Positions 1-13,052 of a stretch of 64,000 nt of DNA are shown in pieces (position 1 is the stretch's first letter; every line of letters starts with the position of its first letter). The notes beneath the pieces were generated by a model. The model saw only the letters and a program-made list of their open reading frames with translations, did no database searches and had not been told where the DNA came from. The translations under genes were made by a program, and so were the position numbers. The DNA is from the human T2T-CHM13v2.0 reference genome, Homo sapiens: NCBI RefSeq assembly GCF_009914755.1, contig NC_060925.1; one strand, 5' to 3'.

Positions 1-789
1 TCGGCTATGCGGGTGAGTTGGTGTGTGACTATGAAGGAAGAGGGGAAGTGATGTTCTGGCCAGAAGAAAGCACCGCGAGCCACGCCTAGGCCAGAGGCAG
101 CCCGCAAGTGGCCAGAAGGCCTCCAAGGGTGGGGCGCCTGAGCTGAAGACTGCCTCCCTGAGGCCCACATGGCCTGGACTCTGCGCCTTGTCCAGCTGGT
201 CCCTGCTGGGCTGCCTTGACCTGTTTTGTGCCACCATCCCCTGCAGAGCTGGCACCCGCGGTCTGTCTCTGGGTTTTACGCTTGCCCACCAACTGCTTGT
301 TCAGCTCCTTGATCCCAGCAGAGGCAGAAGCGAGGCCTGTTAAATAATAATGTCGCTCACCGGGGCCCGTGTCAACACCGCGTCCTCCGCGTTCATGATC
401 TAGATCGCACCGCCTTCAAAGTCTAATCCAGTCGTTTGGAGTTCATTTTAACCGATTGCTGGAGGGGGAAGCTGGCTGTGGGATGATTGTTGCATCTTAA
501 TTTAAAAAAACTTATTGGGAACAGGCTGATAGCAGGCCTGCGGCACATGAGGTGTGCTCGGCTGCATGGAGGGCCAGTGCCCTGCAAGGCTGCTCCCTGA
601 CAAGGTGTGAGCTGGCGTCTCTGCCACCCTGGCTTGTGGGAGGACAACAGTAGTGACAGCGTGGGGCGTTGGGGACCCGGCTGGGCTATGAATACACATT
701 ATGCTATTGGATCTCCGCAACGCTGAGGAGTGACCCGCTGGGCCCATTTTACAGATGGGGATGTGGACTAGAAGCCAGGCCCTTTGGCT

Positions 790-1110
790 TGCAGTGTGCA
801 GCCATGCTGGCCCCTTCCCACCACCAGGCCTTCACCTCTGTTGTTCCCTCTGCCTGGAGCACTGTTCCCCTCCTGTGTGGCTCTTCTTTAGCTTGGGTCT
901 CGGCTTAACTGCCGCCTCCTCAGTGAAGCCACCCTGACTGCTCCAGCCGAGTCATCCCTACCCCTTCATGGTCTCAGCACATCACCCGGCTTTATTGCCT
1001 TCAGAGTGTTGGTCACTTTCTGCAATTATCTCCTTGAGTGCAGTTGTCCGTCTGCACCGGCGCCTCACTGCCTTGTTAACCAGTGAGTCCCAGGGCCGGG
1101 CACGGCGCAG
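790..1110. mobile_element. L2 LINE 3' fragment (old)
   Basis: ctgttgttccctctgcctgga...cctcctcagtgaagcc..ccctgact hallmarks; boundaries approximate. Confidence 0.55.
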
Positions 1111-4100
1111 CCTCTCAGCCAGTTAGGGGTGAGTGTGCCGGCACCTTCCTCCGCCACGGCGGAGCCGCCTGTGCAGGGCGGTCGCAGGGCCCTCGCAGGA
1201 CTCTGCAGGAAGGTGAGATTCGGGGGGTTAGGCATTCTTTCTGCGCTGGGGCAGTTAGGGAAGTGTCCTGGGAAGAACTGTGCCTTCAAGGAAGTAGGGC
1301 AGGGAGTCCCCTCCCAAGAGAAGGGAGGGAGGAATTCGCAGAAGGGGCTTGTCCAGAGGGTCTGTGGCCAGTGGGGATAGTCCCTGCCTGGATGGCAGCC
1401 GGGGACAGATGGACAACAGTGTCACTCAAGGGTGAGAACCCTGCCTGGACCTGCACCCGCACCAGCCTTGTGGTGTTTCTATGGCAACCCCCTTCCCCCA
1501 AGCAGATTTTCAGCCTCCCTGGTGCAGTTGCAAGAAGCACAGGCCTGGGTCCTTCCTGGAAAGTGCTGGAACTCAGGGCAAGTGGCGTCAGCATTTGGAC
1601 CCCAGGCCTGGTTCCTGCCTTGAGGGGCTGTGGTGGGGTTAACTGGGGCAGCCCCTCCCCCATTAGACCCGGGCTTCCCATCCTTGGAGAAGCCTGTCTG
1701 GACCATTTCACCTCCTACATACACCACAGCTACATGCTGACATCCTGGGGCCGGTTATGGGATTAACCAGACTGAAGCTGAGTAGGGTGGGACTGGGCCT
1801 GGCTGGCTCCCATTGTTACCATCCTATCCCCATGGCCCAAGGCCAGGCCTGACGCAGAGCAGGTGCTCAGTAAAGGGTGGTTAAGGCCAGAAGCCCCTCA
1901 GGGAGATGGGCTCTGTCTGTAATGTTTCCCCAAGTGGGGGGTGGGGGCATTGCAGAGCAGCTGACCGAGGCTTGGTTTTAACCGGCTTCGGAGCATGAAG
2001 GTGCTTCCTGAAGCGCGTGCGGTCAGCAATCTGCTCTGCATCTGATGCCTCCTGCCGGTACCTCTGCACTGGCCTCTCATACCGGCTCTCATGCTTTTTG
2101 TCCCTAAGCAGGACAGAGAAGAAACTTCTCTGGGCTCCTGAACACCAACAGCCCCTTGATTTCCCCTGCCCACCCCCCGCCCCAGCCGCCTTCCCCACCC
2201 TTAATTTTCATGTTTAGTGCCTAAACTTAGTTTGCATGTATTAGCTGTTGTAAATCTATCATACGAGTGTGATGCGGCATGAATAATGCATCACTGGGCT
2301 GTATTAGTTTTCTGTCTCCTATCTTATTTATGACATGAAACGGGTGGGAATTTGCAAAAGAGAAATTCAGGCGCAGGGCTTCTTGGGTAATGGTATGCAA
2401 ATTGGCCTGAGGGTGAAAAGATGCACCAGGCCCTCCCAGCGCCCAGGAGCTGCCGAGGAGGAGCGCCTGGTGTCTGGGCCACTGCCAGAGCATGCAGGGT
2501 CTCGCGTCCTATCACTGCATGGAGTCGGCTCTGCTCGGCAGTTTGTCTTAATTTTTTTTGTTAATGTGTGTGTCATTGTGGTTGTCACCCTGTTATGTTT
2601 TTTAAATTAAAAGTTGGCAAGCAAAACTTGAGAAATGGATTTTCTAAAGATTGTGGAGACTTCCCAGGAGGCTCCGACAAGAACAAGTTCACAAGGAAGA
2701 TGAGTGTTTTCCAGCATCAGGAAGGCTTGAAGTTAGATGTTCAGAAGGACTCCCTTTCAGGAAGTTTGTGAGGCATGGGAGGTAGGGGTGGGTTTGGGAC
2801 CCCATAGGGCCTTCTTATGTGGAGGGTCAGAAATAAGTTGGCTGGTTGCAAACTCGGGCCTGGAGGGGGTGAAGAGCATCTCAAGGCATGTCTTGTGGGG
2901 CAGTAGATGGCTGAGGGTCAGGCCTCCAGGCCCCTCTCTCCTCACCTGGAGGAGCTCAGATCTTTCCTGTGTCTAGCACTTGGATTCCCCCCAACCAGAA
3001 GATTTAGGTGATGAAAAGATTTCATGATTTTAAAAAGAAGTTGGTCGCTGATGGCTCAGGGAACAGGCTTGGTGAAGCCTGACCTGGAGCAGGAGGGAAC
3101 CTGGAGGAAAAAGGGAACCGGTACAGGGAAGGCGGATGAACAGACATCGTGGAGAGGACATATGGGACGGGAGGTGAGGAAGGGGAGCTGGCACGGCAGG
3201 GGCAGTCCTGTCCTTGTGAGCCACCCCCCAGTCTTAGCTGGTAGCAGCCAGCCCCCGATCCTCGCCTCCCCTCCACTCTGTGTGTCTCTTCCACATCCCC
3301 CTCCCCTCTGAGCCCGGCAGCAGGGAGAGGGGGAGGGCAGATGCCCAAGGGGCAGCTGCCCAGTCCTTTTGGAACTTGGCAAGGAACAAATAGAGCCATG
3401 GACATGGATCCGCTGAATGTCAGCTGCTAGGCTGAGGGCTTAATGCAGTGGAGGTCAGGCCCTGGGTGTAATTAGGGAGGCTCCCTCCCTGGGTGGTTGG
3501 GAAGAATGAATGAGGTCACATGTGCAGAGGGTGTAGGCTAGTGCCTAATGCACACTCAGGCAGAGTGGCCGCTACGCAATGGTCCTCTGTGAGCCTGGCA
3601 GCGGGGTAGCAGGGAAGGTCCACAGGAGGCAACCTCTGCAGGAGGCATTCCCGGCTGCCCCTGCATGCCTTGTCTGAGTGGGCTTGGATGGTGGTCAGTG
3701 TGGGCTCAGGGGCTGGGTTGGCTGGCCTTCCCACTGATGGCCTCAGTTTCCTTCCTGTAAAATGGGGGATAATTATAGAACCTGCCCCAGGACTAAGCAG
3801 CTCCGTGTACATGCAGGTCCCAGGGCTGTGCCTGGTGGGAGGAAGCACCACGTGTCAGTTGTTGTGTCATTGTGGTCACAGGACTTGCTCAGGGTGACTG
3901 GGACCACACACTCGTTGGTGGAGCCAGGATCTCAGGGTGCCTCTGATTCTGAAGCCCCCACCTGGTCTGCCGTCCTCTGCCCCATCAGCCCCGTGTTCCA
4001 TTGGGTCTTGTGGGTGCGTATGTCCGCACCATCCTCCCTCCAGATGGCAAAATATCTGTGAGCAGGGCCAGTGTCTTATCCTCTCTGTATTGTCCTGCAA

Positions 4101-4652
4101 TGCAAGTACAGGCATTGACTTGGCTTCTCTCTCTCCTTTGCTTTCTTTCTCCCCAAAATCTCCCCTTTTTTCCCACGCCAGCTCTTCCCTTCTGCCTGAC
4201 CCTGAGCCTTCCAGGGCTCCAGTTACCCCTGGGACCCTTGGTCCATGGTGTTTACATGACTAGTGGGCCCTGATTGGGGCTGCTGACCACAGGTGAAGAC
4301 CGGGATCTTGGCTCCTCCCAGGTACCTGGGGAGAGAAGCGAGCTTCATAGAGTGGGTGGTGACACCAGCCCAGTGACAGCACAGGTCCTGCAGAGCAGGT
4401 GCCCCAATGAGGGAGTCTCACCCACAGGAGAGGATGCGGGTCAGCCGCATACACGTGCCCAGCTGTGAGGCAGACACACCTGCCACTGATCCGAGGAGCC
4501 CAGGAAGGAACCCAGGAGGGGAGCGAGAGAGGGGAGTGAGAGCGGGGTGGGCCAGGCTCTCTGGAGGGCATTTAGCGGGAGGGCCCCTGAGAAGCGTGAG
4601 CTGATGCCTGTGCATGCCTGTGAGAGGGTGGGAAACTGGTCAGTTATATTAA

Positions 4653-4995
4653 CATAGTCACGTGCTGCATAGTGACTTTCAGTCAACAACAGACCACACA
4701 TATTATGATGGTCCTATACGATTACAATACAGTATTTTACTGTACCTTTTCTATGTTTAGATATGTTCAGATTCACAAATACCATTGTGTTACAGTCGCC
4801 TGCAGTGTTCAGTACCGTCTCATGCTGTACGGGTATGAGGCCTAGGAGCAACAGGCTGTACAGCATGACTTAGGTGTGCAGTCAGCTTTACCGCCTAGAT
4901 CTGTGTAAGGTCACTCTATGATCACATGACAAAATTGCCTAATGATGCCTTTCTCAGAACGGCATTATTCCTGTCGTTAAGCAACACGTGGCTGT
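4653..4995 (-). mobile_element. Tigger3a/MER7A-like TcMar DNA transposon
   Basis: ~340 bp with degenerate TIRs (agtcacgtgctgcatagtgac / gtcgttaagcaacacgtggctg) and internal tattttactgtaccttttctatgtttag. Confidence 0.8.
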
Positions 4996-5398
4996 ATCAT
5001 ATAAGTTCTTGACTGTGGCTTGAGTCTTTTGGGCAATGTCCAGTTGGGAGCTGGGGGTCTGATCAAGCCTGGAAACCCCAACTCTCCCACTCCCCCTCCC
5101 CAGCCCTACCTGTTCTGGGTTGGTCCCAGCTTTGTGTTGGTCGCATCAATTCTGACCTTTCTTGCCCAACACCGCCCAGCAGTCTTGGATGTGGATTTAC
5201 ATGTGGAAACAGAACCACCCTTCCCTGCAGTTCTCATAGCCTATGTGGGAAGCAGGGCAACCGCCTTGGCTGAGCCATCCCACCCTGTGGCCTCCCCACC
5301 TCCCCGCACTGTCACCAAGGGGAACTTAGAGTCTCAGCCTCAAGATGTTGGTGATGCCCCCTCTGGCTAAGCACGGGCAAATGGGTGCTGAGCAGATA

Positions 5399-6440
5399 CT
5401 GTGCACGTATGGGTGCAGGTGTGGGTGTAGGTGTGGGTGCAGGTGTGGGTACAGGTGTGTGTGCAGGTGTGTGTGTATAGGTGTGTGGGTACAGGTTTGT
5501 GTGCATGTGTGGGTGCAGGTATGGGTGCAGGTGTGCGTGCAGATGTGTGTGCAGGTGTGGATGCAGGGATGTGTGCAGGTGTGGGTACAGGTTTGTGTGC
5601 AAGTGTGGGGATAGGTTTGTGTGCAGGTGTTGGTGCAGGCATGGGTGCAGGTGTGGGTGCACATGTGGTACAGGTGTGTTCAAGTGTAGGTGCAGGCCTG
5701 TGTGCAGGTGTGGGTGCAGGTGTGTTCAGGTGTAGGTACAGGCATGAGTGCAGGTATGGGTGCAGGTGTGTTCAGGTGTAGGTACAGGCATGGGTGCAGG
5801 TGTGGGTACAGGTGTGTGTTCAGGTGTGGGTGCAGGTGTGGGTACAGGTGTGGGTGCAGGTGTAGGTGCAGGCATGGGTAAAGGTTTGTGTGCAAGTGTG
5901 GGTACAGGTTTGTGTGCAGTCATGGGTACAGGTGTGTGTACAGGTGTGTGTGCAAGTGTGGGTGCAGGTGTGTGCAGGTGTGGGTGCAGGTGTGGATGCA
6001 GGTATGTGTGCAGGTATGGATGCAGGTGTAGGTGCAGGCATGGGTGCAGGTGTAGGTGCAGGCATGGGTGCGGGTGTAGGTGCAGGTGTACGTGCAGGCA
6101 TGGGTGCAGGCGTGGGTGCAGGTGTAGGTGCAGGTGTAGGTGCAGGCGTGGGTGCAGGTGTGGGTACAGGTGTAGGTGCAGGCATAGGTGCAGGTGTGGG
6201 TACAGGTGTATGTTCATGTGTGGGTGCAGGCGTGGGTGCAGGTGTGGGTGCAGGTGTAGTTGCAGGTGTGGGTGAGGTGTAGATGCAGGTGTGGGTACAG
6301 GTGTATGTTCACGTGTGGGTGCAGGCGTGGGTGCAGGTGTGGGTGCAGGTGTGGGTGAGGTGTAGATGCAGGTGTGGGTACAGGTGTATGTTCATGTGTA
6401 GGTGCAGGCATGGGTGCAGGTGTGGGTGCAGGTGTGGGGT
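5399..6440. repeat. ~1.04 kb GT-rich tandem array, ~12-bp unit GTGGGTGCAGGT with variants
   Basis: Directly visible periodicity; source of the poly-GAGV/CRCG/HPHL ORFs. Confidence 0.97.
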
Positions 6441-7983
6441 GGTGGAGGGCCAGGTGAGTTGTCTGGATTCCACCATTCAATATCATGCAGGCGAGGCCTG
6501 CAGGCTCCATGTGGCTCCCCTATGCAGAGCTCAGAGCAGAGCAGGGCAGCCACAGCCAGTGCCTGGGGACGCTTTCTGGGCCTCATGCTGAGGCTTGACT
6601 GCTATGAGGCAGACGTGATAGAACAAAGCTCCTATCACATCTGACCCTGCATCAGAACTATCCAGGTTGCCTGTGGCCCAAAGTCAAGGCCCCCCAGGCT
6701 GCACTTGGTCGATATCCCCTGGGTTCCCCTTCTCCAGCCACTGGACAGGTCCCAGTCCCCTAAAGGCTCTGCCTGAGCACTCTGTTCCCCCAGGCCTTTG
6801 CACCCACTGCTCTCCCTGCTGGGACTCTCAGGCTGTCTTCTGATTGGGCAGAATCTTCGTGGTCACTCTGACTTCCTGCCCCTTTCTCCATGGAGCCCAA
6901 CTGCCTCCACTAGTTCTCCTCTGGGCTCCCTTAGTCCTCACTCCCTCCTCCATCGCACTCTCTGCATCGGGCCGTAAACAGGACTCTGGGCATCTCCCTG
7001 GCCGTGCTGTGTCCTCAGGGCCCGGCAGGCATGGACGCTCCATGAGGTTTGCTGAGTGAGCTAGCAGGACCAAGGAAAGGAGATGGGCAGAGGCAGTCGC
7101 TTGCCTGCGATCAGCAGGGCATAGGAAATCCCTTTACGTCAGGTGAGGAGCCGATAGGAGTTTTGACTCCTACTGTGTGCCGGGGGCTCAGCCAGGGACC
7201 TGATTTTGCCTTCAGTGCTTCACTTTCTAGATGTTAAATGAATCCAGAGAAACAACCCTGACTGCACCTGCTCACCTGCACCCTCGTGCACGCACAGGCG
7301 TTCTTTCTTCTGCCTTACCTCTGTCTGTCTGTCTCTCTTTCAGCACTCACTCGTCTCTTCCTCCCTGGTGGTCTGGTTTGCACGCTCACTCTCTGCTGAT
7401 CTCAGCTTCTAACTCTGTATCGGTGTCTCCTTCGATCGGTGCCGCCCCGGCTCTTCCAGGCCTTCTGGCCCAGGGTGGGCACTGGCTGGAGCTTTAGTCC
7501 CTGTGCTTGGCACTGGGTTCCAGCAGCAGCCCCTGCCCTCATGGACCTGCCTCTCTGATATGGGCATGGTAGGGGAGGGAGATCAGGGGGGGAGAGACCA
7601 CCACCATCCACTTAATCTGTATTAAGACTCATGGGTCCCAGAGGCTGCTTTGAGCTCTCCATTAGCAGCAACTTGAGTCATCTTACGGCAGCTCTGTGCA
7701 GTAGGTACTATTAATATTATCACACCCACTTTAAAATGGAAGAAACCAAGGCAGGAAGTGGTGGGGTCAGGAGCTGAACCCTGTAGGTCTGCCTCCGGGC
7801 CTGTGGGTTTATTGTTTCTTGCAAATAGCGAACAGATAACAAGACAATCCCAGGCCACGGTGAATGTCATGCAGACCCAGGCTGGGCGCCATCACTGCCT
7901 GCACTGGTCACTCCCCTGCTGGGCCTCCCTGTCCTCTCTGACTAGAGGCTCGGTGGTCCCTCCTTCCTCATGGGGGCTGCGGG

Positions 7984-8010
7984 TGAGCTGAGCTGAGCTG
8001 AGCTGAGCTG
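7984..8010. repeat. (TGAGC)5 microsatellite
   Basis: tgagctgagctgagctgagctgagctg. Confidence 0.9.
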
Positions 8011-8399
8011 TGGGCAGCCCAGCACGTGCAGGAGCCGGAAGATGCCTGGCCCCCTCTCTATGGCTCAGTCTTCACCGGGTCCCCAGGGTGGTGGGCAGGC
8101 ACAGGCACTAGCTCAGCCCTGGCACCTGCTTGTACAGGGCAAGGTTGGAGTAGCTGCCAAGGGTAAGACTCGCAGCAAAGGTGGTTGCTGGCCCCAGGTG
8201 ACCCAGGTGGCTGGCTGCCCAACCCTCCGTCCTAAAGTGTCGATGCTGGAGAAGAAACACTAGGCTGGCTGTCATAATTGAAGAAAACAAAAGGAAATTA
8301 AATAGGACTAATGAGGAGAATATCAATAGCCCATACTTCAAGATGCTTTTTCTATTCCACTTCCTCCAGAATAGCCAGGTGCACTGATAGATTTCAGGG

Positions 8400-8700
<301 letters not shown>

Positions 8701-9396
8701 GGATTTCAGATTAGTTTTGTTTTTAAAGGCAAAATTTTGGCACAGCCAGGTCAGGACAGCGTTCTCTGCAGTGGCACTTTCTGTATGCCTTGGTCTGGGT
8801 TTTTGGGTTGACACCAACATCTGTGTCCACCTTCTTGTGTGCTTAGTAACAAGTAGGCCTTACTGTAGGAATTGTTAACTTTTTCGGAGGTAGGCAAGGG
8901 TGATTTATAGACCTCTTGGAAATGCTAGTAAAAATAGTTAACGATCTTTCTAGAAAGACACACCAAAAATACCAAATTTTGTACAATCAATTCCAAAATG
9001 GATTGTTAAAGGAAATTTGGGGTCTGGCCACCAGTCTTGGAGCTGGCAGGACGTCCATCGCTCCATCCCTTGCAGGCTCCCATGATGGCCCTGAGCTAGG
9101 AGAGTCCAGCATCCAGTGAAGTCTCTGCTCCAAAGGATGACCTCACACCCACCTTACAGATGAATGAACAGAGTCCCAGAGACCTTAACCAGTTTGCTGG
9201 GAAGAGGTGGACTGGTCGTTGCACCCGGAGCCTCCCTGAGAAATGCGTCAGGCAGGGCAGATCTGCTCCTGGTGCACAACCTCTTGGCCTCAACCAGGTC
9301 AGACTCTGAGGGCAGGAGTGTTGGGGAATCAGACAGAGCTCACAGAGAGGGATCCATCCATGGCTTGGAGGCTGAGTATTGGCACTGGAGTCCCGT

Positions 9397-9509
9397 TAGG
9401 GTGACCAAGTGTCTTGGTTTGCCCAGGATTGAGGAATTTCCTGGGTTTGGGGCTTCCAGTGCCGCAGCCTGGACAGTCCTGAGCAAACCGGGTAGGACTG
9501 GTCACCCTA
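9397..9509. mobile_element. MER81-like hAT-Blackjack MITE
   Basis: 113 bp with perfect 11-bp TIRs TAGGGTGACCA / TGGTCACCCTA. Confidence 0.8.
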
Positions 9510-10670
9510 GGTTTGAATTTGGCTTTCCTCCCATGTCCTAAGCAGCGCGACTTTGCACATCATTTAGCCTGTCAGTTTGTTTCCTCAGCGGTAAAGTGTT
9601 GATAAGAATGAGATAAAGACAGGGAAGGGAGTTGTGCTAATTGCCTGTAGAAGATGGCCCTTCCACATGCTCAGTGCAGCCGTGCAGAGCGGACGTGACC
9701 CCGGGTCTGAATTCGCAGCCCTGCCCTTTGCTGGCGGGGTGGCCCTGCACAGGTCATTTCTTGTGCCCTAGCTATGGGATGAGGATGGAATGGTGGCACC
9801 CACCTGCCAGGTGTCTGTGGGGATTAAAGGGAGGCAGAGTAGGTGAGGTGCTTGCAGGTGATCGTGGGTGATCTCTGGGCCCACGACTGTGTCTCCCAGG
9901 GCCAGCTCGGTGGTGACTGGGCCGGGAATGGGTGGCACAGCCCCTTCATGCTCACATTCAGCTCTGGTGCTCAGCGTTGAGAGTCCCCCATGAGACCCTC
10001 GGAGGACAGCATGTGAGCTTGGAGCGAGGTGCACGCTTCTGCCCCGCCTTGCCCCACCCTGCCCCTGCCCCTGCCCTGCCCTGCCCCTGCCCATCTGGGC
10101 CACCCGGGGTTGGTTCGCTCTCTTTTCATAGAGTCTCCGTGAGGTGGGACGCTGCGCGCACAGTGCCCAGTCAGGCATTGGAAAGTCCTGACACACGGTG
10201 GGTACCTGTAAAGTAGAAGCCCCACCAGCATCCTGCTGTTTCCTCAGGAGCTGGCAGCCCCTGAGAGCCCCTGTGCCCAGCGAGCCTTCCGGCCCCTTGG
10301 CGACATCTCAGCTCTAATGACTTTGAGTGCTGAGCTGCTCACCCTGGGAATTTATGGAAACCATGCACAGAAGCGTCACCTGGAGGCACATAAATATTGT
10401 AGGACTGGAGGTTGGGCTGTGTCAGCACTATTTGGAGCAGTATCACCCACCTGAAACTGACTGTGTGGGCGCCTGTAGCGGGTGGATGGGGGGCTGCAGG
10501 GAGGGGCTCCGTGGGCAGGCTCAGGACACACAGGTTTGTCTCAGCTCACCTGGGTTCATTCCAGGTCACAGTGCGCCAATGCTCTCCCTGGAATCCTCAC
10601 CGTGCCCCAGAGGCGTGTTCTCTTTTTGTCCCCGTGTACAGATGACAGAGGAGACTGAGTCACTGGGTAG

Positions 10671-11054
<384 letters not shown>

Positions 11055-11059
11055 CCCCA

Positions 11060-12480
11060 TAACTTTTTACTTTGAAAAATTTCAAACTACAGGAAAGGTG
11101 AGAGAATAATACAATACACAGATATTCTTCACCCAGGTAACTGTTAACATGTTGCTACAATCTTCCCCCATATTATACATGCACAGAGACATACACCCAC
11201 TTTTAAAAAAGTCAGTTGCAGGCATCATTACCCTTTACCCCTAAATACTTCGGCATGTCTCTTCAACGTAACTGCATGGCATATCACACCCAGGAATTTA
11301 GGTCTATGCACTGATGCTATCTAAATACTGTCCAGGTACAGGTTTTCCCAGTTGTCCCCAAAATATCTTTCAGAGCTACTCCCCCAAATGCCATCCAGGA
11401 TCCAGCCTGAAATCACAGGCAGCCTTTGGTTTTCATGTCTCTTAAGTCTCCTTTTAATCTAGAATAATCCCTTTGCTTTTTTGTTTTCTTCATGATATTG
11501 ACTTTGTTGACAAGTCCAAGCCAGCGTCTCATAGAAGTTCCACAGTCTGGAATTGCCTGGTTATTTCCTCCCAATGAGCTGCCAGTGTTCGGCCAGGTGC
11601 TGTGGGGCTGGGGGTCAGGGGAGCCCTACACCTCCCACAGCAGTCCTCGGGGAGGAAGAAGAGCAGCTGGCCCCGTCCTGATCACTTGGTTAGGGTAGCG
11701 TCGGCTGGATCTCTCCTTCTAAAGGTGCTGGTTTCCCTTTGTGATTACTCAGTCACCTTTGGGTGATTCTTGGAGACTGTGTGAATATCCAGTTCCTCCA
11801 CAAACTTTCCCCCTGGGGCTTTGTCATCCATGGGTGATCCTTGGTGATTGCTAATTCACCATTGTCTAATTCTGCCTTGCCTTCTGCATTGACTAGTTGT
11901 CACTAGTTACAGAGATTCACCTGACCCCACTCCACACCCTGCCCTTACTATCACTACAAATTCCTAGATTTAAAAAAAAAAAATCCAGCGTGCTCTAATC
12001 AGGACCATCATTATTATTTTTGATGTTCACATTGTCTTGAATTTGGCCAGCGGGGACCCCTTCGTGTTGGCTCCTGGGTCCTTTGGACACATCCCCATTG
12101 TTCTTTGAGCCCTTCCTTGCTTTTCATCTGTGAGAAGTTCTAGGCATTTCTCCAGGGCACCCTGGCTAGAGTCACTGCCTTCAGGCTCTTTCAGTGGACA
12201 GGGCCAGGGAAGAACTCTCGAGTTGGGGTTCGTTTTGATACCTCTGATTTAGATTTGAGATCCTGGAGTCTACCCTCGTCTCTCCCATTCCACACCGGAC
12301 TCTCTTCTCTCTGTGCAAACCCTGGTTCCCAATAACATCAGTGTATCTCAGTCCCACCACATAGGTTCAGAATCACTGTGCCTGCCCCACCACCTCCAAG
12401 CCTGCCAAGGAAGTTGAGGTTTCCCTTGCAGATCATTTTGTCCTTCAGCAGGGACCAGGGGTGTACAGTTGGAATGCCAT
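11060..12480 (-). mobile_element. Old L1M (L1MC/L1ME-like) 3' fragment
   Basis: tttgaaaaatttcaaac, ccctttacccctaaatacttc and tttaatctagaa motifs; boundaries approximate. Confidence 0.65.
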
Positions 12481-12504
12481 GATCCTGAGCTACTTGAATG
12501 GGTT

Positions 12505-12606
12505 CTTTTCTATGCGGATGTGACTGTGTTCCAATAAAGCTTCATTTACCAAAACTGGTGCAGGCTGGTTGTAGCCTGAGGGGCATTGTTTGCAGACGGC
12601 TGCTCT
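12505..12606. mobile_element. MER58-like hAT-Charlie fragment
   Basis: gtgactgtgttccaataaagcttcatttaccaaaac...gtttgcagac. Confidence 0.65.
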
Positions 12607-13052
12607 AGTGTATAAACCTAACAGCACGGTTTCTGGTGCAGGGTGAGCGCTCACCCAGTAAATAGCTGTGTCTGGATAATGGAGGCTGAGGGGGCAGGAA
12701 GCACTGGGCATTCCTGGTGGTGGGTGGGCAGGTGGCCTTTTTCAGGGATAAGGGGGCTAGAGGCCTCTTAGAGAGTAGGACAGCCCCTGACCCCACCAAC
12801 CCCACACTTCTGGGCCTCCCAGACCAGCCAAGGATGAGGGCACAGGTCTGGAGGTGCTTGGCCTGGGATTGGGGTGCTGGGTGAGCAGGGTTTCACCCTT
12901 TTCTGGTTGGGAGGAGAGCAGAGTTTGATGAGCTGACAGCCTCCCCTGGCAATGAATTCTGAGCTCTCTCAGGGTACGTGGATACCTTGTGTTTGGAAAA
13001 TGAAATGAGCTGCATGGCCTGGCAGCAGCAAGACCAGTGAGCAGTGAGGGCT

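Noticed and set aside
1083-1766. 227-aa ORF, and any further upstream ARHGEF10L exon in 1-17554
   Set aside because: No recognisable domain or splice-bounded family peptide; overlapping ORFs on both strands reflect GC richness
5312-6591. Cys/Gly/Val/His-rich ORFs resembling metallothionein or silk-like proteins
   Set aside because: Translations of the tandem array, open in many frames on both strands
7984-8010. GAGCT pentamers resembling an Ig switch region
   Set aside because: Only five copies; ordinary microsatellite
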